Shown: positions 16,755 through 20,000 of the stretch, piece by piece
Position numbering within the stretch: the first letter of the stretch is position 1
Layout: every line of letters starts with the position of its first letter
From: an uncultured virus (IMG/VR IMGVR_UViG_3300044727_000112)
Taxonomy: Duplodnaviria; Heunggongvirae; Uroviricota; Caudoviricetes
Direction: 5' to 3' (one strand)
IMG/VR virus record: IMGVR_UViG_3300044727_000112
Length of the DNA: 20,000 bases
Position numbers and translations under genes: made by a program
The notes under the pieces: generated by a model
What the model was told of the DNA's origin: nothing
Database searches by the model: none
What the model saw: only the letters and a program-made list of their open reading frames with translations

Positions 16755-18250
16755 GCCGTCACCACCGGCCCAACCTGCACACCATTAACAGCCGTCGCTA
16801 TCCACGCTGCGCCTGTATTCGGATCAACCACATCGTTACGTGCAACCCAACTCCACGACGTCGTGAGCGCCGTGCTTGCCCCCTGCACGGTGGTCGATCC
16901 GCTTTTTACCTGCACCGTCGTATTGCGCGTGCCAGCATCCGTCTTCTGAAACAGACCTCGCGTCGTGATACCAATAGTGTTGGCAGGCAAAACACTAAGG
17001 GCACCGATGCCATACAGATCAGCTTGCCCATTGGTTGACGAAAAGACATAACTGCTGGCTGCATCCTGTTGCGCTTCACCAACACAGTCGGCATTGCTCT
17101 GCGGTGTGTAAATAACCGAAACACCAGGAATATTTGGGAATGACGCCGCGCCACCAGGATTGGCTGTCGGCCAAGACGAATACAGCGAATTCGTGATCTG
17201 AATAACCACAGGCTGCGGTGTAATGCTGCTGGCATTGATCACATTGTAACTGATATTGCTGCTGTCGTTGTTCAACCCAATCCAATAGGTCTGTCCTTGC
17301 GTGACATGAACTGGTGATGGAAAATTGAGCACAAGCGGCGACGAAGACGGATTGGTAACCTCAGATGTTGTCGCTAGAACATTACCAATACCACCACCTG
17401 GATTGACATCGTACAAAGCTCCCTTCGCATGTCCGGTACCACCACCAGACAAAGTAAACGACAAGCCACTTAGCAAACCACTGTTGTTGGCTGTAAATTT
17501 GAAATAATAGGCTGTGTTGGCGGCAAACGTATTACCTACACCAATCGGATTCCACAGCAACGAAGTGAACGGTGCCGACGTGCGCGAAAACTGCACCGAT
17601 ACATCCGACACCGGAGATCGCGTGTAACAGCGAATATCACCGACCCACGGCACGCTCGCATCAGACCGCCAGAGAAAATCATCGATGTAGAGAACGATTG
17701 CCGACGCACCAAGCTGAATTTTATTGGCATAAGCGTTAGCCGAAGTCTGCGTATCGAGCGAACCCAGGAAAAAGTCGTTGCTGGGATTACCGTTCTTACG
17801 CACAGCAATCGAGCCGACAGTATTACTGATCACCACCTCGATCTCGAACGTGATCCAGGCACCAGCCGCATTGACCGCACCGGTATAGGTCGCCAGGATA
17901 TTACCGCTGGTCGGACCACCCAACACCAGTTGGATAGCACCGTCAGTACGAAACACCACCGAACACTGCGCCGTCGTGCCGTCAAACAACTGGATGTAAA
18001 AACCGTTCGACGAACCACTGGGAGCAGCCGTTACTAGATAAGCCAGAAAAAAATGATGCACAGCATCGTTGACATTGCTGGCCTTGATCAACGTCGTAGA
18101 GCTACTGAAATTCCATGCCCGCGAGCCTGGAAACCGTCCTGCTATCAAAGAACTACTGCTTGGATTTAACGAAGCAGGATCCCAATAATTCAACGTGGCA
18201 TCAACACATGCCGCATACAGATCAAATCCATCGCCAAAAAAGAAAGCCAT
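16751..18250 (-). CDS. Virion protein with a putative ConA/LamG-like jelly-roll domain and an inserted beta-sandwich (499 aa)
   Basis: N-terminus MAFFFGDGFDLY, plus WITFEIEVVI...GSIAVRKNG and LYIDDFLW, typical of MALxFxDGFD phage tail-associated proteins; C-terminus DPNTGAAW...QVGP. Confidence 0.65.
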   Translation of the reverse strand: MAFFFGDGFDLYAACVDATLNYWDPASLNPSSSSLIAGRFPGSRAWNFSSSTTLIKASNVNDAVHHFFLAYLVTAAPSGSSNGFYIQLFDGTTAQCSVVFRTDGAIQLVLGGPTSGNILATYTGAVNAAGAWITFEIEVVISNTVGSIAVRKNGNPSNDFFLGSLDTQTSANAYANKIQLGASAIVLYIDDFLWRSDASVPWVGDIRCYTRSPVSDVSVQFSRTSAPFTSLLWNPIGVGNTFAANTAYYFKFTANNSGLLSGLSFTLSGGGTGHAKGALYDVNPGGGIGNVLATTSEVTNPSSSPLVLNFPSPVHVTQGQTYWIGLNNDSSNISYNVINASSITPQPVVIQITNSLYSSWPTANPGGAASFPNIPGVSVIYTPQSNADCVGEAQQDAASSYVFSSTNGQADLYGIGALSVLPANTIGITTRGLFQKTDAGTRNTTVQVKSGSTTVQGASTALTTSWSWVARNDVVDPNTGAAWIATAVNGVQVGPVVTA

Positions 18251-18254
18251 GGCG

Positions 18255-19199
18255 TCACCTGTTGTATTTCAAGGTCAGTGTAACGCGCTGGATTGTCGCC
18301 ACGCTGTTCACATTGAACCCTAGGATATCTCCCGGTGCTAAACTCGTAGTCCACCCAGACAACGGATTCTGCGTCTTGATAGCCGCGCTGAGTGCCGGCG
18401 GCGAAGCACCGGTAATTGAATCGGCAACAACAGGATGCGTCTGTCCGGCATCGAACTGCGCAAAACTGCATTTCCAGATGTCCACAACAATGCTACCAAA
18501 ACGATCGGCAACCATGTCGACCTGTGCGAGCGTGCCGACATACGGCACCTCCACATAGCCTTTCATACCGGTGGAGAGTGTCGAACCGCCGCCATCAATG
18601 ACGACAGTGATGGCAGATGAATTAGGCCCGGTCGGACCCGTTGTGCCAGTCGTGCCAGTCGGACCGCCGGGAGTACCCGGTAGACCGGTCGGACCAGTCG
18701 CACCCGTGTTCGCTGCAGTTCCCGGCAACCCGATCGACCCGGTATTGCCCGTCGGCCCGGTATTGCCCGTAGGCCCGGTATTGCCCGTTGGCCCGCTGGG
18801 ACCACCAAACGCGCCGGTTGATCCGGTCGCACCAGTGTTGCTCGCAAAACCTGGAAGCCCGGTTGAACCGGTCGGGCCGGTCGGACCAAACGTCCCTTGT
18901 GAACCGACAGGACCAGTAGGACCAATAGAACCTGTCAGCCCCTGTAAACCGATAGGACCAACAGGGCCAGTCAGTCCTTGGATTCCAGTTGGTCCTGTAA
19001 AAGCACCTGCACCAGTTGAACCAGTATGTCCCGTTGGACCTCTGGATCCTGCTGCACCTGTGGATCCAGGAGCCGCAGGACCAAGAGCTCCTGTTGGTCC
19101 GGTAGGCCCTCCAGAAGGGCCAGTGCTTCCTGTTGGCCCGTGGGTGACGACAACGGGCCTGGTTCGTATTTGTGCTGGCTCATTGTCGACGATCGGCAT
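18255..19199 (-). CDS. Collagen-like fibre with an IDGGG...[10 protein letters not shown]-terminal domain (314 aa; start re-called)
   Basis: ATG at 19199 lies 1 nt after the upstream TAA ([24 protein letters not shown]). About 175 aa of Gly-X-Y, including 3x GPTGNT 18-bp repeats near 18740-18795. Confidence 0.8.
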   Translation of the reverse strand: MPIVDNEPAQIRTRPVVVTHGPTGSTGPSGGPTGPTGALGPAAPGSTGAAGSRGPTGHTGSTGAGAFTGPTGIQGLTGPVGPIGLQGLTGSIGPTGPVGSQGTFGPTGPTGSTGLPGFASNTGATGSTGAFGGPSGPTGNTGPTGNTGPTGNTGSIGLPGTAANTGATGPTGLPGTPGGPTGTTGTTGPTGPNSSAITVVIDGGGSTLSTGMKGYVEVPYVGTLAQVDMVADRFGSIVVDIWKCSFAQFDAGQTHPVVADSITGASPPALSAAIKTQNPLSGWTTSLAPGDILGFNVNSVATIQRVTLTLKYNR

Positions 19200-19200
19200 T

Positions 19201-19605
19201 TTATGGGTAAGTGACCCCCTGTGATACAAACACAGTGCCGTGCATCAACGGCACTCGAATCGCCGGACTCGCAGCACTCACCATCACAAGATCGTAAATA
19301 TAAGCTCCAGGTTGAAGACTAGTCTGAATATCAGCAGGAGCCACGTTCAAATGAATAACCCGCTGTACCACATCATCGATGACGATCCGTCCACCGCCTG
19401 TATCAAGATGCAATAACGGTACAAGATCATAAGGACTTAGCTGCACATCGAGTTCGAACAGTTGGCCATCCAACGTCCAGGTCGTATCCGTCGGCTCACC
19501 GAACTGAAACGCATCCTGCCAAGTACCATTGTTGTCAATTGCAAGATCGACATGCGCCGACGTCACGCTGTGTCCGTTGCAACATTTTGCACAAACGCAG
19601 TCCAT
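19201..19605 (-). CDS. Putative Ig-like fibre/baseplate connector (BppU-N/LtfC-like pattern), 134 aa
   Basis: I-x-I...IHLNV...[11 protein letters not shown]...[13 protein letters not shown] pattern found in proteins preceding phage fibre genes. Confidence 0.55.
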   Translation of the reverse strand: MDCVCAKCCNGHSVTSAHVDLAIDNNGTWQDAFQFGEPTDTTWTLDGQLFELDVQLSPYDLVPLLHLDTGGGRIVIDDVVQRVIHLNVAPADIQTSLQPGAYIYDLVMVSAASPAIRVPLMHGTVFVSQGVTYP

Positions 19606-19608
19606 GGA

Positions 19609-20000
19609 TCACCTTGGCGTCGGATGTACGTTGAACGTGCTCACACCACCCTTCTGACCGGACACTCGGAATTGCTGCGGAAATGCCCATGAGGTGGATC
19701 CGACAGCATTTGCCCGAATCATCGCCGTGCGTGCATGCGCAATACCGTCACGGAATTTCTGGGTGTGATAATTGGCCAGCTGCGGATTGCTGTAGCTCGA
19801 CCCCGGCTGCAACATCATGCCGCCAAGCACTCCACTCAAAATCGTGAGGTAATGCGCCGGCAACAACCATTCGGGAATGCCTGGCGGAAAGCACTGCAGG
19901 GGATCAGAAACGGTCTTGATTACCACCGCCGTCATGTCCTGCACGTTAGTGTACGGATAAAGAAACCGTACCGTGCCGATCTCCGGCATGATCGCCGATT
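19609..20000 (-). CDS. Putative head-tail adaptor (tail tubular protein A-like); 5' partial
   Basis: The frame is open to the window edge (..SAIMPEIG). The C-terminal IPEWLL..Y..ILSGVL..MMLQPG..YSNPQLA.Y...F..GI..AR pattern is typical of podoviral adaptors. Confidence 0.6.
   Translation of the reverse strand, partial: SAIMPEIGTVRFLYPYTNVQDMTAVVIKTVSDPLQCFPPGIPEWLLPAHYLTILSGVLGGMMLQPGSSYSNPQLANYHTQKFRDGIAHARTAMIRANAVGSTSWAFPQQFRVSGQKGGVSTFNVHPTPR

Noticed and set aside
11227..19199. Invertase/shufflon-type fibre switching
   Set aside because: All cassettes are co-oriented complete genes with their own starts; I saw no recombinase or inverted crossover sites.
19200..19229. Track start (MYHRGS...) for the 324-aa ORF
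   Set aside because: It lies inside the upstream gene; the ATG at 19199, right after the TAA, is more plausible.
1..20000. tRNA/rRNA, integrase, transposase, lysis or defence genes
   Set aside because: No recognisable motifs; coding density leaves only one 76-bp gap.

Overview
The window is a tightly packed, translationally coupled run of about 21 minus-strand genes from the virion morphogenesis region of a tailed bacteriophage or prophage. Gene order is podovirus-like, and an alphaproteobacterial host is inferred. In transcription order (20000 to 1) it holds: a head-tail adaptor (partial); an Ig-like fibre connector; six collagen-like (Gly-X-Thr) fibre genes sharing an N-terminal PVVVxGGPTG-type motif, with a jelly-roll protein and a 62-aa repeat protein between them; a fibre chaperone; a fibre-tail adaptor; a coiled-coil protein; a 776-aa tail nozzle-like protein; two small moron-like genes (one ends in the SspB-type ClpX-binding motif LRVVK); three tandem diverged paralogues; and an Asp-box protein. 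A 76-bp intergenic region follows, with a terminator-like hairpin and a near-consensus CtrA box. Last come two large low-complexity putative internal (ejection) proteins that share short linear motifs; the second is missing from the supplied ORF track because it runs off the window. All product calls come from motif recognition and gene order, not from database searches.
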